Below are positions 9,321 through 18,577 of a stretch of 64,000 nt of DNA, one piece after another (position 1 is the stretch's first letter; every line of letters starts with the position of its first letter). A model generated the notes under the pieces. The model did no database searches and was not told where the DNA came from. It saw only the letters and a program-made list of their open reading frames with translations. This DNA is from a virus (Duplodnaviria; Heunggongvirae; Uroviricota; Caudoviricetes): positions 76,925 through 140,924 of the IMG/VR virus record IMGVR_UViG_2645727636_000004; one strand, given 5' to 3'. The position numbers and the translations under genes were made by a program.

Positions 9321-9385
9321 GATTATAAGAAGTAATTAAATTAGTTAATAGAACCGTTTTATAAAACTAAAGGAGGAAGAGGTAA

Positions 9386-9628
9386 ATGAATGAAAAGCTG
9401 CAAGAGATTATCGATTATTTAAATGATGGTATTAATTATGATAAGCGAAATTTCATCAAGGAACTATCAATGAATTGTGATGATACAATGGGATTTTCTC
9501 CAGATGAATTACGTATTATGTGGGGCAGTAGGTTGACAGGAGATTTAGATTCGTATAATGAGGAATTCTTCAATAAAGTCATCGAATCGGTAGTAAAAGT
9601 AATCGGATCGTTTAAAGATAATTATTAA
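9386..9628 (+). CDS. hypothetical protein (80 aa)
   Basis: RBS AAAGGAGGAAGAGGtaaATG. Confidence 0.55.
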   Translation: MNEKLQEIIDYLNDGINYDKRNFIKELSMNCDDTMGFSPDELRIMWGSRLTGDLDSYNEEFFNKVIESVVKVIGSFKDNY

Positions 9629-9664
9629 GTAAAAGAGGAGTTTTATTAAAAGGAGGAATTATGA

Positions 9665-9865
9665 ATGAAACAAATAATGCATCAAGAGATATTGGAATTT
9701 ACATATAACACACGAGAAGAAAGAGATATGCATGTAGAAGCAATGGAAGCTCAAGGGTGGGAGAATGGTGGGAAAGTAAGAAGATTAAAAAACGGAGTTT
9801 CTATTTGGGATTCCGACAACAAAGATAATTACGAATGGTTTGCTGATTTTTGGAAGTATTATTAA
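9665..9865 (+). CDS. hypothetical protein (66 aa)
   Basis: RBS AAAGGAGGaattatgaATG. Confidence 0.55.
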   Translation: MKQIMHQEILEFTYNTREERDMHVEAMEAQGWENGGKVRRLKNGVSIWDSDNKDNYEWFADFWKYY

Positions 9866-9880
9866 AGGAGGAAATACATA

Positions 9881-10153
9881 ATGAAACGAAAATTAGTATT
9901 AGTAGGAATGTTAGGATTTACAATTTTATTTGGATGTAGTCAAAGTGATGAGGGAAATGTATACGCTAGTGATCAAGGTGAGATGAATGTAATGTCAGTA
10001 GATAGAGTACACAATGGTGACGCAGTTATACTAAAACATAAAGATACAGGTTGCTACTATACATATGTCAGAGGTACTGGTAGCAGCACATCTTCTGCTC
10101 CAACTCAAATGATGGTTGTGAAAGATGGAGTTGTTGTTCCGTATTGTGATTAA
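9881..10153 (+). CDS. putative lipoprotein (90 aa)
   Basis: Signal peptide MKRKLVLVGMLGFTILFGC with a lipobox-like LFGC, then a polar region; RBS AAAGGAGGaaatacataATG. Confidence 0.6.
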   Translation: MKRKLVLVGMLGFTILFGCSQSDEGNVYASDQGEMNVMSVDRVHNGDAVILKHKDTGCYYTYVRGTGSSTSSAPTQMMVVKDGVVVPYCD

Positions 10154-10212
10154 TTAAATAAATTGATTCTTTTATTAAAGTTTAAAAATACATAAAACGG
10201 AGGAATGGAGTA

Positions 10213-11226
10213 ATGGTTAATGATGTTATTGCAAAAGCAATTCAAATGGAAGTAGAAGCTCAAGTAGAGAGCTATGTTGGGAAATATGAGAATTTAAAAA
10301 AGAATTATGTAAAACTAAGTGATGATCATATAAAATTAAAAGCTGAAAGTAGTGAGCTACTTTCTAAATTAAAACAACTAGAAGCGATAAAATCATTCTC
10401 TGATAACATAACTATTGAGACAATTGAAAGTGCGGTTATTTGCAACTTGAATTATAATCCTACTGATATTTCATTTAGTGGTATGCGTAGTGAAGAAATT
10501 CCAATGTGGTTTAAAATCCTCTGTCGCTACTTTGACAATAAAAATGAAATTTTAAATCTATTTAACATTTTCAATATCGAGTACCCTAACTGGGCAAAAG
10601 ATATAATACTTCCTAGTCATTATAATAAACAGCAACTAAAGTTATGTTTGAATAATTCAGGTCAATTATATGTATGTAACGGTCAAATTTACGAAGGTAA
10701 CATGGGTTTTTATTATACGTACCATCGCAGACATAACTTTGATTTGGAGACTGTATTCAAGCGTGAGTCTTATGTAGAAATTCCTTTCCAATTACTTCTG
10801 AAAAATAAACTACTGATTGAAGATGATGAGTTATTCGATTTATTACTAGAAAAATTACATAACGAGGCATCACACATTTCGTATTTTATGAAGTTAGTTT
10901 ACTATCAAGACGTTCCTATAGATAAAGTATTAAAATTGCTGTCTCCAACTAAAAGTGGTGCTATTAATTACAAATCAATTGTCGGAAAGTATCCAGAACT
11001 CCTTAAAAGCGAGCATGTTGGTGAAAGTTTAAAACAAGGTATTTCAGAAAATGGATATTCTGAGTTGTACTTACTGAAGTTTAATAAAGAAGTCCAAAAA
11101 GAATACCTTTTGAATCGTGAGAATAAAGACTTGAAATTTGTAGAATTGATTGATAAATCTATGGAATTTAATACAGAAGAAAAAGCAGAGTTAATTAAAT
11201 TATGCTATATGAATAAAGTTAAATAA
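10213..11226 (+). CDS. hypothetical protein (337 aa)
   Basis: RBS acGGAGGaatggagtaATG; motif at 10187-10196. Confidence 0.6.
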   Translation: MVNDVIAKAIQMEVEAQVESYVGKYENLKKNYVKLSDDHIKLKAESSELLSKLKQLEAIKSFSDNITIETIESAVICNLNYNPTDISFSGMRSEEIPMWFKILCRYFDNKNEILNLFNIFNIEYPNWAKDIILPSHYNKQQLKLCLNNSGQLYVCNGQIYEGNMGFYYTYHRRHNFDLETVFKRESYVEIPFQLLLKNKLLIEDDELFDLLLEKLHNEASHISYFMKLVYYQDVPIDKVLKLLSPTKSGAINYKSIVGKYPELLKSEHVGESLKQGISENGYSELYLLKFNKEVQKEYLLNRENKDLKFVELIDKSMEFNTEEKAELIKLCYMNKVK

Positions 11227-11262
11227 TAGTCACGTTTTATAAAAAACTAAAGGAGTGATTTT

Positions 11263-11841
11263 TTGGCTAAATGGGAAAAAAGGTTTAAAGAAATCTTAAG
11301 TAGTGAAAGAAAAAAGCATTATGCTGTATGGGAACTGGCTGATAATCTTGAAAAGATAATTCATGGATTCAGTCCAATTAGTAGAGAAGAATTAAAGAAA
11401 GAGATTACGCCTATCATTGATAGTACAGAACTCGTAGAGTCAGTTATATCAGAAATTAAATATGAAAACAGATATGAGAAGTCTGATTGTGAAGAAAATA
11501 ATATGATACTAACTATTAATATAACTGGAGATTTTAAAGGTAGTATAGTAATTAAAACTGGTAGAGGTACTAGAGATAATGGGACAGAAAGAACCCCTAT
11601 ATTTTACGTATCTAGTTATGACAAAAATGTTTATTCAAATAAAATAAGTGAAATGAAGCGAATGTACAAGAAATATCATAATTATTCATTAGAGGTAATA
11701 ATTGATTTATTTTTTGATAGACAATCGTATCTAAGCTATGATGATCGTTTTAAGGTTTATGAAATAAGTAATAAAAAGCCATCTTCTTATGATGATTCAA
11801 TAAAAGGATACATAAAATCATACGATGATAAAAAGGATTGA
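11263..11841 (+). CDS. hypothetical protein (192 aa), TTG start
   Basis: RBS AAAGGAGtgattttTTG. Confidence 0.55.
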   Translation: MAKWEKRFKEILSSERKKHYAVWELADNLEKIIHGFSPISREELKKEITPIIDSTELVESVISEIKYENRYEKSDCEENNMILTINITGDFKGSIVIKTGRGTRDNGTERTPIFYVSSYDKNVYSNKISEMKRMYKKYHNYSLEVIIDLFFDRQSYLSYDDRFKVYEISNKKPSSYDDSIKGYIKSYDDKKD

Positions 11842-11983
11842 GAATTACAAAAAAGAGCTTTTGGTAATTTAAATAAATTAAAGCACAGTGAAGATATTAT
11901 GAAATTTGCTGAGGAAAATTTGGATGGGGTAAGTGAAAGTATTACATATGAATGGACTGAATATAGATTATAGGAGTGGGATA

Positions 11984-12244
11984 ATGGATTATAACAAGAT
12001 ATTGAAAAATACAATAACTGCAATAAATTATGAAAATCCAAATATAATTAAACTAAAATCAGATGGTAATGATAAGAAATTTGATTTAGATTGGAATACT
12101 TCCCAAAAGATATCAAAATTAATAAATAGACAGTACTATTTTGGAACAGATATTAAACTTGATACCGAAAAAGAATTTTTACAAACTTTTAAAGAATTGC
12201 TGAAAATTAAAAGAGCCTTAAAGATTATGAAGAGTGAAAACTAA
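11984..12244 (+). CDS. hypothetical protein (86 aa)
   Basis: ATG at 11984 preceded by atAGGAGtgggataATG; the track's upstream start at 11933 lacks an RBS. Confidence 0.5.
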   Translation: MDYNKILKNTITAINYENPNIIKLKSDGNDKKFDLDWNTSQKISKLINRQYYFGTDIKLDTEKEFLQTFKELLKIKRALKIMKSEN

Positions 12245-12288
12245 TACTTAATAATATATTTGTATTGTTTAATATTAATGATGTGAAA

Positions 12289-12317
12289 TTGACTCAAGAA
12301 GTTTAAAATGATATCTT
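12289..12317 (+). promoter_or_regulatory. candidate sigma-A promoter: TTGACT, 17-nt spacer, TGaTATCTT
   Basis: -35 at 12289-12294; extended -10 TG at 12309-12310; hexamer at 12312-12317; upstream of the XRE regulator gene. Confidence 0.4.
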
Positions 12318-12369
12318 CTACATAAACAGCTAGTTTATTTATTAGCTTTTTAAACAGAAGGGTGATTTT

Positions 12370-12837
12370 ATGTCAAATAATAAAAATGTTGATTCAAGAG
12401 AGTTTTATTATTTAAGTCCTATAATTGGGAGAAGTATAAAAGTGTTCCGTAAGTCAAATAAGCTTACTATGGAGGAAGTCTCTAATCGTACAGGATATTC
12501 AGCTCAAGCCATTAGTTTATGTGAACGTGCAAAGAGAATGCCGTCTTCAGACTTACTGCTTAAATTGGCTGCAGTTTATCAAGTTTCAGAAGAAGAATTA
12601 TTTAGACTAAGAGAAGAGACTATTATTGATACCGTTCAAACTTATGGAGAAAAATCACCAGTTAGTATACGTAACGAATTTGATACTATCATGAATACTA
12701 AATATAGCAAAAATACACATCCTAGCAATCGATCACAAAATGATCGTATTTCATTAGGTGATGGAGAGTATGCAACTGATGAAGAATTGATATTAGCTAA
12801 AGCCTTTATAATTACACTTCGTTCAATTAAGAAGTAG
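12370..12837 (+). CDS. XRE-family helix-turn-helix transcriptional regulator (155 aa)
   Basis: LTMEEVSNRTGYSAQAISLCERAKRMPSSDLLLKLAAVYQVSEEELF matches the HTH_XRE pattern. Confidence 0.65.
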   Translation: MSNNKNVDSREFYYLSPIIGRSIKVFRKSNKLTMEEVSNRTGYSAQAISLCERAKRMPSSDLLLKLAAVYQVSEEELFRLREETIIDTVQTYGEKSPVSIRNEFDTIMNTKYSKNTHPSNRSQNDRISLGDGEYATDEELILAKAFIITLRSIKK

Positions 12838-12875
12838 TTATGTTATAATCAACGGAAAAGGAGTGTTGTTATATT

Positions 12876-13079
12876 ATGGGTTTCTTTTCAAACAATTCTA
12901 ATACTAAGTCAGTTAATGTATTTAAATATCATGAAAAGGTAGCTAATAGTTTAAACGCAGGAAGAAAGTATTTGTCAGAAGTAGAAGGGGAAACAATTTG
13001 GGATAAGTACGAAAGCGCAGAATATTCACGTCGTTGTAAAAACGAGATGAAGCGTAATTTTGTGATATGGTCACGTTAA
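12876..13079 (+). CDS. hypothetical protein (67 aa)
   Basis: RBS aAAGGAGtgttgttatattATG. Confidence 0.5.
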   Translation: MGFFSNNSNTKSVNVFKYHEKVANSLNAGRKYLSEVEGETIWDKYESAEYSRRCKNEMKRNFVIWSR

Positions 13080-13102
13080 GTAAATTAAAATAAAGTATTG
13101 GG

Positions 13103-13134
13103 AGTAGGATGAATTTATCTTACTTCTTTTTTAT
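13103..13134 (+). terminator. intrinsic terminator (8-bp stem with one G-U pair, then TCTTTTTTAT)
   Basis: Stem AGTAGGAT at 13103-13110 pairs with ATCTTACT at 13117-13124; a T-run follows. Confidence 0.5.
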
Positions 13135-13156
13135 ATAATAAAATACATAAAATATG

Positions 13157-13185
13157 TTGTAATAAACAAATTTGTGTGGTAATAT
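13157..13185 (+). promoter_or_regulatory. sigma-A-like promoter: TTGTAA, 17-nt spacer, extended -10 TGgTAATAT
   Basis: -35 at 13157-13162; TG at 13177-13178; -10 at 13180-13185 (same extended -10 as at 865-873); AAATACATAA at 13141-13150 lies 6 nt upstream of the -35. Confidence 0.6.
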
Positions 13186-13214
13186 TTAGTTAAATAATAA
13201 AAGGAGTGATTGAA

Positions 13215-13424
13215 ATGATGAACGAACAAGAAAGAATTCAATACATAAAAGGATTATCAGAAAATGGGTTAATGAGTGAGATTAATTACGATGATATTAA
13301 TTTCTTAATTGATATTGCTAGTCGCTTGCAGCAATTTGCAACTGAATTTGATCCAGTACTTACTGAAGGACAGATGTCTAATTATGCTGAAGCATATCAA
13401 GAAGTTTTAGCAAATAGAAATTAA
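13215..13424 (+). CDS. hypothetical protein (69 aa)
   Basis: ATG at 13215 lies 8 nt after AAGGAG. Confidence 0.5.
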   Translation: MMNEQERIQYIKGLSENGLMSEINYDDINFLIDIASRLQQFATEFDPVLTEGQMSNYAEAYQEVLANRN

Positions 13425-13465
13425 ATGAAACCAATATATTATTTAAATTAAGAGGAGGAGTAAAC

Positions 13466-13714
13466 GTGACTGAGTTAAGAAGCTTTAGAGATGCTTCAGG
13501 TAATATTATTTACGAAGGAGATTATACGACAATTGAAGGGTCTGATAAAAAATGGATTATTACATGGGTAGATAACAGTGTAGAAGGTTGTCTTGGGATG
13601 CCTATAGGTTGGTATGAGCAGAGAGATGATTTTGAATCTTGGAGACAATTAGAATGTGGTGAGAGTTATGAAATTAAAGGAAATATCTATTTGGAAAAGG
13701 AAGAATCGAAATGA
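13466..13714 (+). CDS. hypothetical protein (82 aa), GTG start
   Basis: RBS GAGGAGGAGtaaacGTG. Confidence 0.55.
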   Translation: MTELRSFRDASGNIIYEGDYTTIEGSDKKWIITWVDNSVEGCLGMPIGWYEQRDDFESWRQLECGESYEIKGNIYLEKEESK

Positions 13715-14037
13715 GAGAATGGAAATCACAAGTTAACGGAAAGCACTTACGAGTATTGATTGATGAAGGAGAATCATTTAAAATTCTACAAGAATTAGAA
13801 AGTATAGTAAAACGTATTTCAAATAATTCAAATTCATTTAAGTTAGATGAGTATGACAAAGAAGAATTTGAAGAATTGCTTGGAACAATTGAATCTGACA
13901 CATATGCAGGAGAAGCTGCGTTAATGGATTATATAAAAGGTGAAAATTGGATTAGCAATATTGATGAATTAGTGGATGACAGGCTTTCACAGTTTTATGA
14001 CTTGTGCGATAAGCATGATATATGGGTTACTGTTTAA
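13711..14037 (+). CDS. hypothetical protein (108 aa)
   Basis: ATGA overlap with the upstream gene. Confidence 0.55.
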   Translation: MREWKSQVNGKHLRVLIDEGESFKILQELESIVKRISNNSNSFKLDEYDKEEFEELLGTIESDTYAGEAALMDYIKGENWISNIDELVDDRLSQFYDLCDKHDIWVTV

Positions 14038-14071
14038 TTAGATTGCATAAAAAGAAAGTGAGGAATTTAAA

Positions 14072-14311
14072 ATGAATAAAGAATCAACTTTAATGATGAT
14101 GGAAGCTGAAAGAGATCAGGCTGAACTTAGAGTATTAGCACAAATCAATTCCCTAAGAAATACTTTAAATAATTTAGAGAATGTAATTAAAAATGGTGAA
14201 GCAATAAGTGAATCACAAGGGTTACAAGGAAATGGGGATTATTTAGATATATATTTAACTAAATTAATTACTTACAATAAAGTAATTGAGCAAGTGAAGA
14301 ATATTAAGTAA
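14072..14311 (+). CDS. hypothetical protein (79 aa)
   Basis: RBS aGTGAGGaatttaaaATG. Confidence 0.55.
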   Translation: MNKESTLMMMEAERDQAELRVLAQINSLRNTLNNLENVIKNGEAISESQGLQGNGDYLDIYLTKLITYNKVIEQVKNIK

Positions 14312-14356
14312 TATCATGCTTTTATAAAATTAAATACATAATAAGGAGTGGTGTAG

Positions 14357-14749
14357 TTGAACGAAACAAAAGAAATGCGACTAGCAGCTATCAATAATCT
14401 AATAAAATTTATTTCAGAACGTGGTCGTAGGTTTTTCTATCGAGAGAGAAATAGGATGACTGGAGAACCACAAACAGCTTACCTGAAATTGAAAAATAAC
14501 AGAATTTATTTTGTAGACGCATACACGAGTAAAGAAGTTTATGCATACAGTGGATATCCACATGACGGATTCTCACATGGAGGTACTTTATGGGCATTGG
14601 TTTGCGATTTCAGTATATTCGTACGAACTGGTAAATCCAGTAATGGTAAACATGGTTATGGTGGTTTGTACAGTGGTGATTGGGGTCACGGTGATGAAAT
14701 ACAGGAAGAAATAATCAATTATGCTAAAGAGATCGGTTATTTAGAGTAA
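14357..14749 (+). CDS. hypothetical protein (130 aa), TTG start
   Basis: RBS AAGGAGtggtgtagTTG; motif at 14333-14342. Confidence 0.55.
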   Translation: MNETKEMRLAAINNLIKFISERGRRFFYRERNRMTGEPQTAYLKLKNNRIYFVDAYTSKEVYAYSGYPHDGFSHGGTLWALVCDFSIFVRTGKSSNGKHGYGGLYSGDWGHGDEIQEEIINYAKEIGYLE

Positions 14750-14794
14750 TTACGTAATACTAAACTTTCATGAAAGGAGAGTTGTGACGTGGAC

Positions 14795-14887
14795 TTGAAA
14801 GAAAGAGAGCGTTTCGGTTGTATGTTAGGAATGATAATAGCACTTATTCCTATTGTCATCGTTATATTAACCTTAAAAGGTTTCTAA
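14795..14887 (+). CDS. possible 30-aa hydrophobic membrane peptide (TTG start)
   Basis: Translation MKERERFGCMLGMIIALIPIVIVILTLKGF; RBS AAAGGAGAG at 14772-14780. Confidence 0.3.
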   Translation: MKERERFGCMLGMIIALIPIVIVILTLKGF

Positions 14888-14916
14888 TTACATAATTAAG
14901 GAGGAAGATTAATACA

Positions 14917-15216
14917 GTGAATCATATTGTAATTAATAAGTTAGAACATGTGTTAACTGGTAGCTGCGGAGTTATAGGTACGTACAGTGGATACAAGGAT
15001 TATCATGTTGGAGATATAGTAGAAATAAAAAGTTCAATTAGTGGGATATCTCTAAATGTCATTTGCGAAAGAGAGGGTAGTTATTTCCCTTATGGATGGA
15101 GAAGTGCTAGCTTGAAACGATTAGAAGAAAAACAAGAAATGAAGAAAATATACAGTTACACTCATTTGAATAAAAAGTTGATTAATAAGTGCAGGCATAA
15201 ACTATTTATTGTTTAA
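14917..15216 (+). CDS. hypothetical protein (99 aa), GTG start
   Basis: RBS AAGGAGGaagattaatacaGTG. Confidence 0.55.
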   Translation: MNHIVINKLEHVLTGSCGVIGTYSGYKDYHVGDIVEIKSSISGISLNVICEREGSYFPYGWRSASLKRLEEKQEMKKIYSYTHLNKKLINKCRHKLFIV

Positions 15217-15302
15217 CAAATGATGTAGTAGGAATGCTACTTTTTAATAACATTCCAAATGGTGATAATTTTATCAATCAATTCCTCGTCAGAGTGTAAT
15301 AA

Positions 15303-15560
15303 TTATTCATAAAAACTAGATAGTTTGGTGCTATCCAAATTTAAATTGCCGCAATTAGAATGTCTACCAAGAATTGAATCGACATTAATATTAAAATAAT
15401 CAGCTAGTTTAGTGAGAGTTGAAATATCTGGTTCACCTAAGCTGTTCTCATATTTAGCGTAACCTTGTCTTGGAATACTTAAAATATCAGCCATCTCTTG
15501 TTGAGTTAATGATTTAGATTTTCTTAGATATTTTAAATTATTTCCAAATTTATTATCCAA
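15303..15560 (-). CDS. XRE-family (Cro/CI-type) HTH transcriptional regulator (85 aa)
   Basis: LKYLRKSKSLTQQEMADILSIPRQGYAKYENSLGEPDISTLTKLADYFNINVD is a classic HTH_XRE signature; it is divergent from the + strand gene at 15603. Confidence 0.7.
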   Translation of the reverse strand: MDNKFGNNLKYLRKSKSLTQQEMADILSIPRQGYAKYENSLGEPDISTLTKLADYFNINVDSILGRHSNCGNLNLDSTKLSSFYE

Positions 15561-15602
15561 GTGAACACCTCAAATAAATTATAACATGTAAGGAGAGAGT
15601 TT

Positions 15603-15788
15603 ATGAATAAACCATATACAATTATTTTTAATCCAAAAGGAATTGCTGTCATAACAATTGATAATAGGATCGCAGATGACGAGAGTCGAATGATTCAACG
15701 TTTTAAAGATGTCGGATATATAGTAACGAATGTAACAGAAGAAACGTATAAAGAAATCACTAATAATAGAAACTTCTGTCCATTTTAA
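15603..15788 (+). CDS. hypothetical protein (61 aa)
   Basis: RBS AAGGAGAGAGtttATG. Confidence 0.5.
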   Translation: MNKPYTIIFNPKGIAVITIDNRIADDESRMIQRFKDVGYIVTNVTEETYKEITNNRNFCPF

Positions 15789-15811
15789 ATTAAAATAAGG
15801 TGGAAAAAATA

Positions 15812-15982
15812 ATGAAAATTAGATTATCATTAGAAAAAATAAAAAGAATAATACTTATTATATCTACGTTAATTATTGGATATAGTATTGGAGCTACTTG
15901 TGAAAATATCAAATTTCAAAACAAATTGAAAGACTTGGAAGAACAATTCGACAAATTAATTGAGATGTATGAGAATAATTAA
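15812..15982 (+). CDS. small single-pass membrane protein (56 aa)
   Basis: ATG preceded by AAGGTGGaaaaaataATG; hydrophobic segment IILIISTLIIGYSIGA. Confidence 0.5.
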   Translation: MKIRLSLEKIKRIILIISTLIIGYSIGATCENIKFQNKLKDLEEQFDKLIEMYENN

Positions 15983-16004
15983 AATTAATTAAAGAGACTT
16001 ATTA

Positions 16005-16331
16005 TTGAAATGGCAGGAGGTTATTGTAGTGAATACTTACGAATGGTTAGATGTTAATTTTCAAATAGTCCTAAGAAATCTTAATTTAAATGAGCACATT
16101 CCTTATTCTCAATCACTTATATCTTCAGATGCAGATAAATGTTATGGGTACGAGTCAATTTGGAATAAGAAAAATGTACCGTTCGAACATGGTTCTGCAC
16201 TTTACTTAATTTCAAAATTACCGCCATATGATAAAGAGGTTAGGTATACTTCTAATGGATGGGTAGCACCAGATAAATGGGTTATTGATAATTATGAAAG
16301 ATTTAAAGAGCACTTACCAAGAATTGAATAA
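16005..16331 (+). CDS. hypothetical protein; start uncertain (TTG 16005 or GTG 16029)
   Basis: GGAGG at 16014-16018 would serve a GTG start at 16029. Confidence 0.5.
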   Translation: MKWQEVIVVNTYEWLDVNFQIVLRNLNLNEHIPYSQSLISSDADKCYGYESIWNKKNVPFEHGSALYLISKLPPYDKEVRYTSNGWVAPDKWVIDNYERFKEHLPRIE

Positions 16332-16373
16332 ATTAGATTTATTATTAAAAATACATATTAAAGGATTGGCAAA

Positions 16374-17198
16374 ATGAAAGTAGACTACATTTCTGATTTG
16401 CATTTGGATTTTCATATTCGACATAACGGAAATTACGGTAAATGGGAAAACAAAACTCATTTATTTTTAGAGAAGTTGTTGCCGGATAACAAAGGGGAAG
16501 TATTAGTTATTGCAGGAGATTTATCTCATTACAATATTCAATCTAAGTGGTGCTTAGAATACTTTTCAAAGCAGTATGAGCATGTATTCTTTGTAATGGG
16601 TAATCATGATTACTATTTAATTAGTGGAGGTCAGAATAAAAAATATAAGAACAATAGTATAAATAGAGAGTTTGAATTAATGAAGCTGATACCATCTTTA
16701 AATAATGTAACTCATTTATATGATTTTGAAGAGTTCTCATATAATCGCATAAAAATAGCCGGATCAACTTTGTGGTATCCTCTGCAAGAACAAAAAGACA
16801 TTGACTTCTTTAACAATATTTCTAATGATTCTAAATTAATAAAAAAGCTTGATGTCGTTGCAGAACATTCATATGAAACTTTCAAATACGAGTACATGGA
16901 AGAAGTAGATATTCTTGTTACCCATGTTCCACCGGATATTTTGCAGAGTCATATTAAATATGATAGTACATCATGTTATTTAAATGAATTAGAAAATATC
17001 AAAGCTAAACATGTAGTAACAGGACATGTTCATGAACAAAATAAATATTACAATACGGATGGAACAAATATCTATATCAATGCATTAGGCTATCCAAATG
17101 AATGGTTGAATCATATGAACCCACTTGAATATAGTAAAGAAGAACGCCAGAAGTTCGCCTTAGAATGGAATGTAATTAAATCATTTGAAGTTAAATAA
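16374..17198 (+). CDS. calcineurin-like metallophosphoesterase (274 aa)
   Basis: Motifs SDLHLD, IAGDLSHY and MGNHDYY match the D-x-H / GD / GNH(D/E) series of metallophosphoesterases. Confidence 0.7.
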   Translation: MKVDYISDLHLDFHIRHNGNYGKWENKTHLFLEKLLPDNKGEVLVIAGDLSHYNIQSKWCLEYFSKQYEHVFFVMGNHDYYLISGGQNKKYKNNSINREFELMKLIPSLNNVTHLYDFEEFSYNRIKIAGSTLWYPLQEQKDIDFFNNISNDSKLIKKLDVVAEHSYETFKYEYMEEVDILVTHVPPDILQSHIKYDSTSCYLNELENIKAKHVVTGHVHEQNKYYNTDGTNIYINALGYPNEWLNHMNPLEYSKEERQKFALEWNVIKSFEVK

Positions 17199-17232
17199 TA
17201 TTGGATTTTTATAAAAAGAAATGGAGGAGTCA

Positions 17233-17691
17233 ATGAGAGATTGGTATGTACTAGCAAAATACATTGAAAATTACCCTAGTTACGATAAGAAAAATTATTT
17301 CAAATGTAACCGTGGGATAGATTATAAAGGTTCGGAATACTACGTACAATATGTGTATTTCGGCTCAATTAGATATGCTCTTTTTATAAAATATGTTAGA
17401 GAAGAAAAAGAGGAAAAGTGGTTATATACAGGAAATGAAATGAAGATAGGTGACAAATACATAAAAAATGATGTAGAACATAAAGTTGAAAGTATTTTAC
17501 ATAATGATGATGAGAACTACAGTGTTTATGTTATGAAGGATATAGTTAATAAAAATAAAGACCACAGTGAATTATTAAATGCAGAAATAGAAAAAATGAA
17601 TAACTTTATTCCAGAGTTTAGAAAAATGATTAGCGATAAATTATATAAGCGTTCTTTTTGGGAGATAGTTAAAGACACATTTTTTCAATGA
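17233..17691 (+). CDS. hypothetical protein (152 aa)
   Basis: ATG at 17233 lies after GGAGGAG; the track's start at 17221 falls inside that RBS. Confidence 0.55.
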   Translation: MRDWYVLAKYIENYPSYDKKNYFKCNRGIDYKGSEYYVQYVYFGSIRYALFIKYVREEKEEKWLYTGNEMKIGDKYIKNDVEHKVESILHNDDENYSVYVMKDIVNKNKDHSELLNAEIEKMNNFIPEFRKMISDKLYKRSFWEIVKDTFFQ

Positions 17692-17732
17692 TATCGCTCT
17701 ATCATTAAAAATACATAAAAGGAGTGTTTTGA

Positions 17733-18002
17733 GTGAGTACAGAAGAAGCAATTTTAGCTATTAATAAGATAGAGGAATTAAATAATGAACTATATGGAGT
17801 ATATAAATTTTTAGAAGGAACGAGCTTTAATGCTCCTAGTAATCAGGTTGCAATATGGTCGGATTTTTCTAATAAAATTAAATTTACTATTAATAAATAC
17901 GATGATTTTGACAAGGTATTCATTGTGCGTTCTGATTACGATAAGTATTACTTAGAACCAAAACAATTATTATCGTTAGTAAATAAATACGGTTTATTAT
18001 AA
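17733..18002 (+). CDS. hypothetical protein (89 aa), GTG start
   Basis: RBS AAAGGAGtgttttgaGTG; motif at 17709-17718. Confidence 0.55.
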   Translation: MSTEEAILAINKIEELNNELYGVYKFLEGTSFNAPSNQVAIWSDFSNKIKFTINKYDDFDKVFIVRSDYDKYYLEPKQLLSLVNKYGLL

Positions 18003-18037
18003 TACAGTCATTTTATAAAATTTAGGAGGTTAATTTT

Positions 18038-18151
18038 ATGCACGAGGAAATAATTTGTAAGAATTGCGGAGATGATTGTGAAGTACAAATATGGACTGAA
18101 CAGTATCATAGTGGATTATGCAGCTGTTGTTATGACGACTTGGAGGATTGA
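18038..18151 (+). CDS. Cys4 zinc-ribbon mini-protein (37 aa)
   Basis: Translation MHEEIICKNCGDDCEVQIWTEQYHSGLCSCCYDDLED; RBS ttAGGAGGttaattttATG. Confidence 0.45.
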   Translation: MHEEIICKNCGDDCEVQIWTEQYHSGLCSCCYDDLED

Positions 18152-18153
18152 CT

Positions 18154-18540
18154 ATGGAATTTTACGAGTTTAATGTATCAATTTTTAGTGGATTAAAAGG
18201 AGTTGGATATAAGAAGTTATGGAAGGATGTACGTGTAATTCTAAATAAGAACACTTCACCAGAAGACATTATTGATGAGGCATTACGTCAAGTAAAGTCT
18301 CACCCAAAGACACATCATTGTGAAGTATCAATTGTTAGGAAAATAGACGATATAGAATATGAGATAAAAGATAAAGTGAATGAAGTTTTACATAACATTG
18401 AGCAGATTATGATGAGTATTTCAGTTCGAAAAACAGAAAAAAGTAAAATTTGTTTTGAAAATAATTATAGAAAACCTGATTTTTCTGATTTAGATTGGTG
18501 TTTCGAGCAACTATATTATTTGAAGAAAGAGTTTCAATAA
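18154..18540 (+). CDS. hypothetical protein (128 aa)
   Basis: ATG just after, and overlapping, the mini-ORF stop; the track's alternative is TTG 18148. Confidence 0.55.
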   Translation: MEFYEFNVSIFSGLKGVGYKKLWKDVRVILNKNTSPEDIIDEALRQVKSHPKTHHCEVSIVRKIDDIEYEIKDKVNEVLHNIEQIMMSISVRKTEKSKICFENNYRKPDFSDLDWCFEQLYYLKKEFQ

Positions 18541-18577
18541 AAACAAAGTATTATGTAAACGAAAGAAGGTTGATGAT

